In this document: positions 1-64,000 of the stretch, piece by piece
Numbering within the stretch: position 1 is the first letter of the stretch
How the letters are laid out: every line of letters starts with the position of its first letter
NCBI GenBank assembly: GCA_964016885.1
Contig: OZ024746.1
Coordinates: forward strand, 67,828,001 to 67,892,000
DNA length: 64,000 bases
Direction: 5' to 3'
DNA from: Eledone cirrhosa
Taxonomy: Eukaryota
The notes under the pieces: generated by a model
Told to the model about the DNA's origin: nothing
The model's input: the letters and a program-made list of their open reading frames with translations, nothing else
Databases searched by the model: none
Made by a program: the position numbers and the translations under genes

Positions 1-587
1 GCAAAAATATTTTCTTCTAGTAATTGATTATAAACAAAAAAAATGTTTAATATTTTTATTCTTGATATGTATATTATAACTTAGAAGTAATTTCGATTTG
101 CTATTTATTTCTTATCTAAAAACAAATAAAATAAAATAAAAACAAGTCAAAAATTATTTAGAATTTTTCTTTTCATAAACAACTTGCTTTAAACAAATAG
201 CTGTTAAGAATAGTTACTGAAAAATTATCAGGAACAAAACAAAATCAATAAACAAAAATGCATAGTATATAATTTTTAGTTCTCTGCTGTAAGGAAGAAA
301 TAGAATCTGAGCTTTTCAAAACTGGTTCTTTGATGCTTAAAGGAGAGACAGAGGGAGAAATATGTTGGTAGGAATGGAGAAATTTATTTTTCCAGTAATG
401 ACTCACATGGTAGCAAGGCAGAAATAATGAAAGAGTGAAAGAGGAGGATATTATCAGGTGAGAAAACAAAGAAGGGGATGTAATTAAGATATAGGCAAAT
501 GGAGATTATTGTAAGATTAGTGTTTGGTGTCTGAAGAGTGGACAGGGTTGTGGACAGTGTATGTGTTGTTTTGTGAGTGTGAGGTAT

Positions 588-593
<6 letters not shown>

Positions 594-671
<78 letters not shown>

Positions 672-684
672 TGTGTGTGTGTGT
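594..684. repeat. (GA)n followed by (GT)n microsatellite
   Basis: Directly visible dinucleotide runs. Confidence 0.95.
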
Positions 685-1669
685 ACCTATTCTTCTAGAT
701 GAAGCTGCAGTAGTTATTCAAACCATGTAGGTGTGCTACACCAAGACAGAAAATTAGTTATTCATGTTGCAACTGTGATAGAGGAAATCTGTAGAGAGGT
801 GCAGAGAATTGTGATTATGTGAGCTGAAGTAGGAGACAATAGATGATTCAATGGTTTTTCATCATCTAGAGGTTTCCTTAAATGATTTGCTAGTTTTCCA
901 CTAATCTCACCTACAGATTGGAAAATATATAGTTGGTATTTTACACAATATTCCTGCTGGTGTAGCTAAAATAGTTGGTGATATTGTTGTGTCCTGTTAG
1001 GGTGGTAATGCTGAAAGTTAAAAGATATGAGTATCAGCAGTGATGGGAACAGACAAATCAACTGCATATTACTTTCTAACTGTGAATGAAACACAGTCCT
1101 CTGACCTGATCTCTCACAAAGGGACAGCCTGTCCTACCCATGCTAGCATGGAAAATGGACGTTAAATGATGATGATGATGATGATGATATCCCCTAATGC
1201 AAACAGTTCAAGTCTATCTTATTACTTCAAGTCCTTATTTGCAGCTTTTCTATTTCTCAAACATGAGACCAACTATGCCCTCTACATTTTCCACTCTTTC
1301 TTTCCTCCTGAACCCTTCCAACTGCTTCCCCAGGGTGATTTAGTCCCTCTACACTGTCATCTGCCATAAAAACTGCCTCCTTGCCTTCAAATACTTCCTT
1401 GACCATTGTACTACTCACCTCCCCTCACTTCCTTTCACTAACAAGTCACCCTCCTCTAGTCACATACAACTACATGTGAACACACACATATACACACCCA
1501 TACACAAAACAACACAACCCACAGCCTTCACACACACCAACGTACTACAACACCCCTACTCACCTTCAACTGTTTCATCTTATACAGGATGTTTAGGTTA
1601 ATAAGATGACAATGAGCATCAGGATGGGTCCCAACTATGCTAAATATACTCATTAGTCATGTTGTACAT

Positions 1670-2887
1670 CAGATGTCAAACCTGTGGCCAGCGGGCTGCA
1701 TGCAGCCCTTTACAATCACACCCACGGCCCGCACAAAGGTTTTTACAGTGTGAGTGTAATCTGTATATAATAAAATTAAATGTGTGTGTCTGTGTGTCTG
1801 TGTATTACCTATAGGGGCCTACATCTTACAACCGATTTTCATGAAACTTTACAGGCTCATAGATTAGTCATCGGGGAGTGTTTTCTGTATATCAGCGTAT
1901 CGTTTTTTTATTCTGGGGTCATTCTGCAGATAAAAATCGTTAGGGGGGAGGTCACCTTTTTTTAGGTATCGAAAAATAAGATTTTTGGCTTTAGCTCCCA
2001 CATTTTGCAACCGATTTCGTTCAAATTTTAAAGCAAAATAGAATTTATCATTGCACATCCTGTAATGGGTTTATATTTTGCATTTGTTTATATTTTGCAT
2101 TTCAGGGACGGCGTGGCAGCCACTTAAATATTCAAAAGTACCACTTTTAGACTCAAATTTCCACTTTTTCGGCTCTAGCTCCCACATTAATCAACCTACT
2201 TTGTTCAAATGATACACTACGCTAGATCTGATTATTTCACGTCTTAAAGTGGCTTTACATTTTGAATTTTTTGTTCAGGAACAGCGTGGCAGACGCTTAA
2301 ATATACGAAAATACCACCTTTCCGCTCAAATTTCCACCTTTTTGGCTCTAGCTCTCACATTTTTCACCGATTGCGTTCAAATTCGAAACTTCGGTTCCAC
2401 CTCACACATAAATCAATTTATTTGGTTCAACTTTTATACTACGATAGAACGTATCATTGCACATCTTATAGATGGTCAAAGGCAAAACGATGGCCACTGA
2501 CGTCATCTGAGCTTTTAGTTGTGTATTTGAGAATTCATCGGTTTCCAAACAAGTAGCGTGAGGAAATTTGGCTTAGTGTTAGAGGTCATTACCTCCCTCC
2601 CCCAGCATGCCCCTTCGTCAGTCACCCACGTTTCTCAGTGATAGAGGTCATCACCACCTTCCCCCGCATGGCCTGTGTGTGGTCATCGAGAAGCAGTTGC
2701 TAAGATCAACACCTTTTCATCAAAGCAGATATTATTTTACCTACCCAGGCAACGCTGGGTACTGCTGCTAGTATAAAATAAAAAAAATTTAGTTGTAATA
2801 TGCACAATTAGTTGTCATGTGTGGCAACTCAGACAACACATATGTGACCCATGTGGCTCTTTGGGGACCCTCAGTTTGACATGCCTG
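1670..2887. mobile_element. hAT (Charlie-like) MITE remnant interrupted by a Helitron
   Basis: Ends cagatgtcaaac / gtttgacatgcctg; imperfect 8-bp flanks ttgtacat / atgtacgt. Confidence 0.55.
1760..2771 (+). mobile_element. Non-autonomous Helitron
   Basis: 5' TC after A, subterminal (GTGTCT)-type microsatellite, internal tandem subrepeats, 3' hairpin acccag-gcaacg-ctgggt then CTAG followed by T (A|T target, no TSD). Confidence 0.8.
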
Positions 2888-3223
2888 ATGTACGTAATAT
2901 TCTCACCATGCTCACTAGATGTATTCCAGAGCTATATAGTCATTACATTGACAACTGTATCAGTGCTACCTTTCTTACTAGTAAACAGCTTAACTCCTTC
3001 ACTGATTTCACCTTTTCCTTCCACTCTGCCTTAGAATGCCTACAAACTTGACTGTACCAACCTTTCATTAGTCACCCCATCACCAACTGCTCTCTCACCT
3101 CCCATCCTACCCACATTACCTCTAAAGTACATTATCTTATTATATAAATGGCAATAAGGAAACAAAAATTTATTTTCATTGCTCAATATATATACATACG
3201 GAGAAAAAACAGACATAAAAATT

Positions 3224-3413
3224 AATTGTTTCTACTTTTGGCACAAGGCCAGCAATTAACCAGTACATTACTGGTACTTTATTTTATCGACCCCGTAAGG
3301 ATGAAAGGCAAAGTTAACCTCGGCGGGATTTGAACTCAGAATGGCAGGGGCAGTAACTCTATGCGTCAAAGCATGGCGTCCAACTCTCTACCGATACTGC
3401 CAATTCACCGCCC
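3224..3413 (-). mobile_element. tRNA-derived SINE (dominant family in this window)
   Basis: Minus strand GGGCGGTGAATTGGCAG head, GAGTTCAAATCC B-box, GCCTTTCATCCTTACGGGGTCGATAAAA core; more than 15 related copies in the window. Confidence 0.8.
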
Positions 3414-3458
3414 TTAGAACAGACATAAAAATTAATGATATATATATATAGTTTTATG

Positions 3459-3489
<31 letters not shown>

Positions 3490-3749
3490 AGAGATGGCAA
3501 ATTGAATAGACCTGTTTTTCTCTAAGAATTTTTTTTCCGTTTCTGCTACTGCCCTTTTTCATCTATCTGTCTATATTTTCTTTAATTTCTCATTCTATTT
3601 TCTGATAAAGGACTAGCATCCAAAATGTTAAGACTCTTTTCCTACTATATCAAGCGTAAAACTAATCATTTATTTCTTCATTGTACTGTGTCGTTTGCTC
3701 TGTTATTTCTGTTTGCCTTTTACATACATACATATATATATATATAATA

Positions 3750-4012
3750 AAATGTAGTTTGCTTGAAGCATTGTATATAATATATAATGTGGAAAGTTAT
3801 ATAAGGCTAAACAATGCAAAATGGATGGTAAGATGAGGTAACGAAAAAGTAAGTTACCTGGTAATCTTTGTTTTTTTTTTGCTGTTGTTTCTTTCGAAAG
3901 AAACAGCAGCAATAAAAAAAATAAAAAAATTACCAGGTAACTTACTTTTTCATTTCCTCATCTTACAGTCCATTTTGCATTGTTTAGCCTTATATAACTT
4001 TCCACATTATAT
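3750..4012. repeat. About 230-bp near-perfect palindrome with a 5' extension, between (TA)n tracts
   Basis: Arms 3781-3895 and 3896-4012 centred on ctttcgaaag; extension agtttgcttgaagcattgt shared with the element at 36640. Confidence 0.85.
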
Positions 4013-4610
4013 ATATATATATATATATATATAGTAGTTAAATAATCAAGAAATCTTTTTGAGTTGCAACATTTCATTTCATTTGTGAATGTTGATGCTA
4101 TCTCACTTGAGACTGCTTCTAATTCTATAATACAAAGCAGCCTGTTTAAAATGTTCATATTTAAAATAAAATCTTTCATTATAAGAACATTTATTAAGTT
4201 ATGTTCCAAATATCTGCTTAATGAAATTTTTTATTTATTTTATTAAAACCTTCTAAATTCTTGGTTATTTTCAAAATTAATATAACTAGTGTGTTTCATG
4301 AGAAATATATTCACAAAATATATCTATTAATAAACAGAAAAAATGAAACGAAATTTCATTTCTCACTCTTAGTACGGCTGTTACTTAAATATAAGTATGT
4401 ATATGTACATACATATATGTATACAGACGTACAGTAGTATGTATATATATATATATATATACACATACATGCACACATATATATATATGTACGTATGGAT
4501 TCACCGAACATTTATTATAATGCTCGGTGTGTTTGTAAACAAACATCCCGAATTAAGCCGTACAGTGTCTAGCAACCATCGTTGCTCATTTGTTCAACAC
4601 TGACAAAGGA

Positions 4611-4653
4611 ACGCTGTACTAGTTTCAAGCTTATTAGCTATCGTCAGCAACGT
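4611..4653 (-). ncRNA. Minimal type I hammerhead ribozyme
   Basis: Reverse complement of the 4763-4805 motif. Confidence 0.8.
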
Positions 4654-4762
4654 ATACCTTCCTGCCAGATGGTTGAATGTCTGAAAGTATATACTTTCCT
4701 TATGCATATTAATGGCTGAGCAGCCTAATTTGCATATCGAGTGAGTTAATCGGCCGAGGTAT

Positions 4763-4805
4763 ACGTTGCTGACGATAGCTAATAAGCTTGAAACTAGTAC
4801 AGCGT
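4763..4805 (+). ncRNA. Minimal type I hammerhead ribozyme
   Basis: acgttg CTGACGA t-agct-aata-agct-t GAAAC TA GTA cagcgt: 6-bp stem I, 4-bp stem II, palindromic ACTAGT stem III, GUA cleavage triplet ending at 4799. Confidence 0.82.
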
Positions 4806-5187
4806 TCCTTTGTCAGTGTTGAACAAATGAGCAACGATGGTTGCTAGACACTGTACGGCTTAATTCGGGATGTTTGTTTACAAACACACCGAGCATTATA
4901 ATAAATGTTCGGTGAATCCATACGTACATATATATGTGTGCATGTATATATATATATACATACTACTGTACGTCTGTATACATATATGTATGTACGTATA
5001 CATACTTATATTTAAGTAACAGCCGTACTAAGAGTGAGAAATGAAATTTCGTTTCATTTTTTCCGTTTATCGTTTCCGGTACCCCGGCCGATTAACTCAC
5101 TCAATATGCAAATTAGGCTGCTCAGCCATTAATATGCATAAGGAAAGTATATACTTTCAGACGTTCAACCATCTGGCAGAAAGGTAT

Positions 5188-5230
5188 ATGTTGCTGATGA
5201 TAGCTAATAAGCTTGAAACTAGTACAGCGT
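5188..5230 (+). ncRNA. Minimal type I hammerhead ribozyme
   Basis: atgttg CTGATGA tagctaataagctt GAAAC TA GTA cagcgt; predicted cleavage after 5224. Confidence 0.8.
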
Positions 5231-8200
5231 TCCTTTGTCAGTGTTGAACAAATTAGCAACGATGGTTGCTAGACACTATGGCTTAATTCGGGATGTTTGT
5301 TTACAAACACACCGAGCATTATAATAAATGTTCGGTGAATCCATACGTACATATATATATGTGTGCATGTATGTATATATATATATATACATACTACTGT
5401 ACGTCTGTATACATATATGTATGTACGTATACATACTTATATCTATTAATACTGCTGCTAAAAAGACAGAAAGAAGTTTCTCCACACCTGAGATTGTATG
5501 TACAGTTAAACTTCCTCAGGTAACTGAAATTACTGTATTGAACAGGTATGTATTTCAACATGCAATAACTTCTAATTAGATTTATGAAATTGAAATTCTG
5601 ACTAAAAAAAAAACAGAAATATATATTACAAGCTATAGCATGTTTTCTTTAAATAATATCTCTGCTGAAAATATAGGGAATGCTCAACTTCTTTATGTCT
5701 ATATGATAATATTTAGATTTATACAGTCATAGGATCCTGAAATAGAACAACAATAATTTGATGAGTGAAACCATCTATTATAGCTAAAAACTAGTATTTA
5801 CAAAGTAGTTCTTCTCATTGGCCAGGCTTTCATGTACTCATCTTAGGCATTTATTAATTTCAATAATTAGATACAAAATCCTAGGCTGGTATCTCTCTGG
5901 TCAATGTTCAAACTTGCAGTCAGGTGAATGTTGCAGGACATACAGAAACAAAACATGCCAATACAAATACTCACAGATAATCAACATATCCATTTGGGGA
6001 GGAGAAGGAGGAACACTGTAAAAACAGATGTTTTGGTCATAATGACCTGGTTTTTAATTATTTCTGACTGATAATTAGGAATGCTAATGGAATTTTGAAA
6101 TGTTAAATTATAACTTTGTTTGAAGTTAATTTTAATAAATTTTTAAATGAAAATATAGGACATTGGTTCATGGCAACATATATTACATGGACACATATTT
6201 AAGTACATATATATATAACTACATATATACTCACATACATAAAAGTACACACATATAGAGATACATACATATATAACTACACAAACACCACAACAGAAAC
6301 TAACTTCACTCTGGTAAAGAAAGAAAATAAAACAGTGTATTAGAGTATCAGTAACCAGCTCTTGGGTGTACAACATCTTTTGGACACAGAAATAACAACA
6401 AAAGTAACTATAACTGTATATTTATAGTAAAAATCTCTCAAGTGATCTGGACAGCAGAAGATCTTTTTCAAGTAAGTGTTTTGGCCCTTAACTCCTTACA
6501 CGCTAAGCTGCATCCAAGTCATGACTCCTGGGAGCCCTTCTGCTGACATTTAGCCATTCAGATATTGGATATTTGTGTATTTAAACTGTATGGAGATTTT
6601 ATGGACATGATCTAGCTGGAACTGCTTTCTATTGTCTCTGCTTTCAAACTTATGTTCAAACACTTTCATGAGTTTGGAAAAATAATTTTGGTAGTCATGG
6701 TATCAATTATAATTATCATAATGTTATACTTATACTTCATAAAATCTATTTATTATAAACTTTTAAGTACAAAGAACCCTTGTTGAACTGGATATCATGA
6801 AGCTGGATGTGAGATAAAAGAGTGATTATCAGTGTTGTAGTGATGTGTATTCTGAGTGTACAAGATGAGTGTTGCACTCCTACCAAAGATGGTAAATTCT
6901 GAAAGAGAAGATAATTTCTTCTGTATCTCATTTATTCTGAGAATACATTGTGCAACCCATAGCTTGATACTATGGTTTATCCATTAACAATCTTGTGGTA
7001 ACTTGTGTGGTATAGGAATTCAAAGAACTGCTATCAAACATATATAGTGATATGATCTTTACAATAGTTATGTGTTTTACATAGTTATATGATCTCTATA
7101 ATATATGTGTTTTATACAGGTATAAAATATTTTATGCAATTTTGTTGCTGTTTCTTATGTTCAAAATGCATTGTGTATATTTCCAATATTTTATATGTAT
7201 GTAATAATAACCCTTCCCATTGATTAATATAGACAGCCTTCTGCCTCTATTTGTTGAGCTCAATGATAATTTACTGTCAAAACATTTGTTTTAGTCTCGT
7301 CAGGGATGTAAGTCTCGCTATTTGTAGCACCACAATAAAATGCACCAAGTTCATCCAACCATAGAAACCATGCCAAAACTATGTAAGTTAACAACCCATC
7401 TAAGGCTTAGTAATTTCAGATAAGGTCTGAAACTGTTACCAACATACCCAATCTGTCAGCATTGAAAATGATGGATAACTGCATAATAATGATGATGATG
7501 ACAATTAACTTTTTCAATACCAACCTGGACAAAACTGCTTCTGGTTTTGTGGAACAAAACCATCCATTTATACTTAAATTACGATTTTCCAACATAATTT
7601 TATATAAAATATTTTTTATTATGTTACAAATACCATATTAATGATTAAAATTGATTTTAATAAATTCCTTCAAATTCTTCACTGATTAATTCAAGTACAG
7701 CATATTTTATCAGAAATATGGTAATGAAAGAGTTTTAAATGTTTCTCATTAGAAGAACAATTTAAACGTTTTTGAAGTTGTGAATATCACTGATATTGAA
7801 ATATGGCTTCATTTCTGAAGTAATTTAGTTGCTACACAATGTTGGTTTAATATGTGTATCAGCTATAGTTTTCATTGATTCTGGAAGTAGCCATCTAAAG
7901 GTAGTAAACAATTTGAAATTTGTTCATGGCTCTGCAATGAATACATTGTTAAGGATCTAATGTTAAGTAAAGATGTCATTGTTTAACTCCAGGTTAACTA
8001 TGATACAATAAACCTATGATAAAATGCATTCCTGTCCTTACCATCTCATCATTATAAGGGTATTTAGGAATACATTATCTAATATGTGTTCCCTTATCTA
8101 AGAAAAAGGTGAGATTCAAAGGATATTTGGCTACCAGTTGAATGACCACATAAAGGTTACCTCGCTAGTTTGAGATTTTGAAAACAGTTCTATAGCAGTT

Positions 8201-9711
8201 AAAGTCCTGTACATATAAGTAAGCAGGAATAGGTGCTACCAACAGGATCATGAGGAGCATTAACTATTGAGTAAAGTATGTGTTGAGGCTATTTTGAAAC
8301 ATCAAAAGTTTTACACTGAAAGGTGTTGCTGGAAAATTGAAAAACTAAGTAATTTTCTTCCCATATTAAACACCTTGGAATCTTCTCCATTTTAGTTTAA
8401 ACTAACAAAAGTGCTTTTTATTGGCAAACAAGAGCAATAATATTAATAGAGAAGCTAAGATCTATTGAAGAGTGTTAAACCAAAAACTAGATGTGTTCTT
8501 TGAATATTTGGCTTATATTATTGTACAGTTTCATTAACTGAAAGTTTAGATTTAATATGTTCTGGTGATAGAATTTATCAATATTTAAACAAGTCTCACT
8601 GACAAGTATCATGACACTGTTCTGCCCAGTTTCTATCTGTCAAATTTTTATCACAAGGAATTGGGGAACCCAAAGCTATGGTAGAATACAATGGCCCAAG
8701 ATTTCACACAGACAAGGACACTGACCTGAGTGGCTACAGAGACATCAAACCTGGAACCATGAGGTTATAAGGCAAACATTTTAGAAATAAATAATAGATT
8801 AGAAATGCATGAAGCACATTGGTTACTATTATAGTTCCATGCATGTATATTTCAGATATGCAGACCAGTTAGGGAAGAACACATCGATTGTTCATTTTTG
8901 TTTTGAACTTTTTCCATTTCACATTTGAAAAGAGGGCAATAGCCCTGAAATATCATGTTGAAATATACGGGGTAAAACATTGCTTTGTTTAACTCATATC
9001 TATTTTGTGTTAGTACATGTAAATAAATGCCTTTAACAACTAGAGACAGTCCTTGCTATCAAGTAGGAGGAAATAAAATAAGGGAGCTTGTATGTATGTA
9101 TACAAGGACCCACAACTCTCAATGGAGTTGCAGGGACACCACATTGACATGCAGCATTTCTTGGGCTTTTCTAAATCTGGGGAAGCCCATCCCCTCTCCA
9201 GACCTGAACACAGCACAATGTTTTCTAGAGAAGTACAGAGAGTGAGAGAAAGAGATATAGAGGGAGAATTTACTCCAATATTGAATTGGTACTCTTTTTA
9301 TCAACCTCAAAAGGATGAAAGGCAAAGTTGACCTTTGCAGGATTTGAACTCAGAGAGCAAAGAGCCAGAATGGATATGGCAAAGCAGTCTATATAATGAC
9401 ACTGCCAATCCATTACCTATAACCTTTAAATAAAAAAGAAATGGTTAAAAAAAATAGAAAACTGTACTTTAGTCATGTCTACTATTGATACTTAGATATA
9501 ATTTAATAATAAGCAAAATATATATCTAAATATCATGCTGACAAGTAAATAAAATAGCATCTATGTGGTCATTTAACCTATTATAAATAACGGCCAAAAC
9601 ATCCTCAAATTGCAGCTTAAACTTCAGCTTAAAAATGAAGCAATACATTTTACAATAATACCATAGATTGCCAATAGAATGGAAACTAGATTATTGATAT
9701 GTTTTTCTTAC

Positions 9712-61615
<51,904 letters not shown>

Positions 61616-61829
61616 CTGTAATAAAGATAAAAAATAACAAGCAGAAAGTTACAAAGCAAACATAATTGAATTTAATTGTTTATTATTGATAAGATTATCA
61701 TTTTATAGACTATTAAGTTCATCTGTAGAGATGAAAAAAATTTGTTTGTATTTACATCAAAACTACATTTCATTTGTTTGGTCTCAAGTTACAATCAGGT
61801 ATCTTATTTCTGGACCTGTCCATAGTACC

Positions 61830-62050
61830 ATATAGGATTCAAACTAAGAACCTGTATTTCAAAACTAACAATAGTAATGCTCTTATCCTTTAGGCCACTA
61901 ACTGCTGTTAAAAATAAAATTTCTTTGTTCAAATCCAGTCTAGTACTATATACTCATGCAATAATAAGAAACTTTATCTTTGATAGTGGTTAGTGGCCTA
62001 GGGGATAAGAAAGAGCATTACTATTCTTATTTTTGAAATAGCGATTCCTA
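61830..62050. repeat. Inverted pair of tRNA-head-like sequences
   Basis: tatttcaaaa...aatagtaatgctctt...taggccactaac / gttagtggccta...agagcattactatt...ttttgaaata. Confidence 0.6.
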
Positions 62051-62153
62051 GTTGGTGTATATTGGAGATCATACCAATAAAAAAGTAATATAAATGTAAA
62101 TATTAAACAGTCTAATTTACACGAAACATTATAAGGTATGTAAATTAGTACAA

Positions 62154-62404
62154 TGCAGATAGAAATATAAAGGAGGTATTGGAGTAAAAGGATGATAGAC
62201 TAAAATAATGTTCCAGCCCAATATAATTTCTTCATGATATTTCAAAGTAAAGACTTACTTTTCAAATGAATGCAAAATAAAACAAGATGTTCATTTGAAA
62301 AGAAGACTTTACCTTGAAATATCATGAAGAAATATATTGAGTAAAACCATTATTTGTTTTTGTCATCTGTTTATCCCAGTGCCACCTCTATATTTCTATC
62401 TGCA
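62154..62404. repeat. Decayed fold-back element with hammerhead-like remnant
   Basis: Arms tgcagatagaaatata.../...tatatttctatctgca; ttcat TTGAAAA ... GAAA TA TC atgaa at 62290-62328. Confidence 0.6.
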
Positions 62405-63932
62405 CTGAACTGGCTTTCTGAACACCCTATTATTTAGTAAATATTAAAACCTTTTACGTCTCATAAAGATGAAATTTTCAGTGAGTTTGTTTTAATGTGT
62501 CAAGTTGTGTATTTTAGTATTTTTATGATATCTTAAAACCTTATTTCCATTAATGTTGGCTTTAGTTGTTATCACCCTCCCCCAGCCACATAGATGTTAA
62601 GTTTACACCTTGTTAAAACAAAGATCATAGTCATGTGTGCAACAACAGTATATTTTATTATTATTGTTTTTTCATTTATCTTGCTTTATGTTCATACGAG
62701 TTATCACCAAGTCACAACCAGTGACCTCAAGAAGCAACAGGGTCTGCCATGTTCAAGAAAGAACATATACACACATACATGAATCTTTAGGTGTTTAGAC
62801 TTGTGATGTATTTATATTGACAGAATCTTGTTGCTACTGCACAGCTCTTGTGTTATGGGTATGTAAAGTGTTGTTTTCAGTGATGTTTTTATTGCATTGA
62901 GTGTGCAATAATATGTGTGCAGTGCCTAATAGTGCTATTTTCCATATGTTGTATATGTTTGTAAATCCTGGGGATTTTTTAAAGTATCTGTCTGTGTGTT
63001 GTTGTTGTTTTTTTAATCATTCCTAGAACACTTATAGGGATTGCTTCTGTTTTCATCATCCTCATTTGTATTATTTTTCTTTTTGGTCTTTGACTATATT
63101 ATCTGGCCAGTTGACTTTGATCTCCTTGTCTGTGTGTATTAACATATGCCATTGTCATTCTCTCACACTTTTCTGGTGTATGTTTTGTACTACCTTTTTT
63201 CTATATTATTATTATTATTATTATTATCATTATTATTATTATTAGCAGCAGCAACAGTAGTAATTTTTTTAATGCTATTATTCATATCGCCTATTGTTGT
63301 TGTTATGAATCTTGGCTAATGGTTGCATTGAATGCATTCTTTTAACTGATTATGTTGACAATAATCTCCCAACACTTCTTAATATATGTGCATGAGAGTC
63401 AGAATGGACAAGGAACAGTATTTCCTATTTATACTCTCTATTAATTATGTACATATAGACTGCTTTTGTTTTTCTCTTCTTTTCCAATTTCCTTTTCTAC
63501 TAGTCAAGTTACTTCTTAATCAATGTAAAAGACCTATTATTATTATTTCATTATTATTATTATCATTATTATTATTATGGTAAACACAATGGAGCTAAGT
63601 GATCAGTAAACAGGGCTCATAATTAAATCTTATGAATTGTTGGAGTGCTGAGTGGTTTGAAATTTGAAAACATGGGAATCCTAGACACAGACAATAACTG
63701 GAACAATAGTTGATTGCTATAAATAATACTTTAGAAAATCAGATAAAATATCCATTTAGAAGGAAAAAAAGTGACCACAATGTCTCACAATTTCAAAGAC
63801 CAGAACTGTTTCAATTCCTATTTGGAACCTTTGTACTTCTGTTATGTTGTTAATACCATTGGTAAAAAGGAATGGAAATTAAAACTTTGCTTTGCCTTCT
63901 CTACACATTTGAGATGTAATATCGATGCAATA

Positions 63933-64000
63933 ATAATTGTTTCTACTATTGGCACAAGGCCAGCAATTACCCAGTGCATTACTGGTACTTTATTTTATCA
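63933..64000 (-). mobile_element. 3' part of the dominant SINE, cut by the window edge
   Basis: ttgtttctactattggcacaaggccagcaattacccagtgc. Confidence 0.75.

Larger units (their letters stand above)
4330..5440. mobile_element. Non-autonomous Penelope-like/retrozyme-like element: one inverted unit plus a partial tandem dimer, three hammerheads
   Basis: 4330-4659 is the reverse complement of 4757-5070; 4660-4756 is the reverse complement of 5085-5181; 5182-5440 repeats 4757-5010; flanked by the direct repeat tatatctattaat (4319-4331 and 5438-5450). Confidence 0.75.

Noticed and set aside
524-730. ORFs such as ERERER..., YIYIYI..., VCVCVC... across the track
   Set aside because: Translations of microsatellites and SINEs, not genes
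6746-6898. Possible next or terminal phase-0 exon (NLPSLVGV...)
   Set aside because: The acceptor is plausible but the peptide is unremarkable and there is no supporting donor or homology; cannot be supported from sequence alone

Overview
AT-rich eukaryotic DNA dense in repeats and microsatellites. The repeat complement (tRNA-headed SINEs, RTE LINE with GAT tail, (TA)n/(GA)n tracts) suggests an octopod cephalopod; this is inference. The window is almost entirely intronic. Six phase-compatible GT-AG exons on the minus strand (61615-61416, 54550-54502, 34557-33838, 12800-12627, 11418-11179, 10058-9712) encode about 576 aa of a low-complexity Ser/acidic/Pro-rich protein, most like the post-FERM region of an FRMPD4/Preso-type scaffold (PPPGF Homer-type motif). 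The non-coding DNA holds a 5'-truncated RTE LINE with a PHD-like finger, an old internally inverted LINE, two non-autonomous Helitrons, hAT-like and piggyBac-like MITEs and many SINEs. The most striking signal is a set of non-coding fold-back elements, mostly embedded in (TA)n tracts, that carry type I hammerhead ribozymes (CUGANGA..GAAA..NUH, palindromic stem III) of at least three unrelated sequence families. These include a tandem-plus-inverted array predicting a 425-nt self-cleaved, retrozyme-like monomer (4330-5440) and a nested stack with unusually long stem II hammerheads (36229-38630). They look like Penelope-like pseudo-LTR or retrozyme derivatives.
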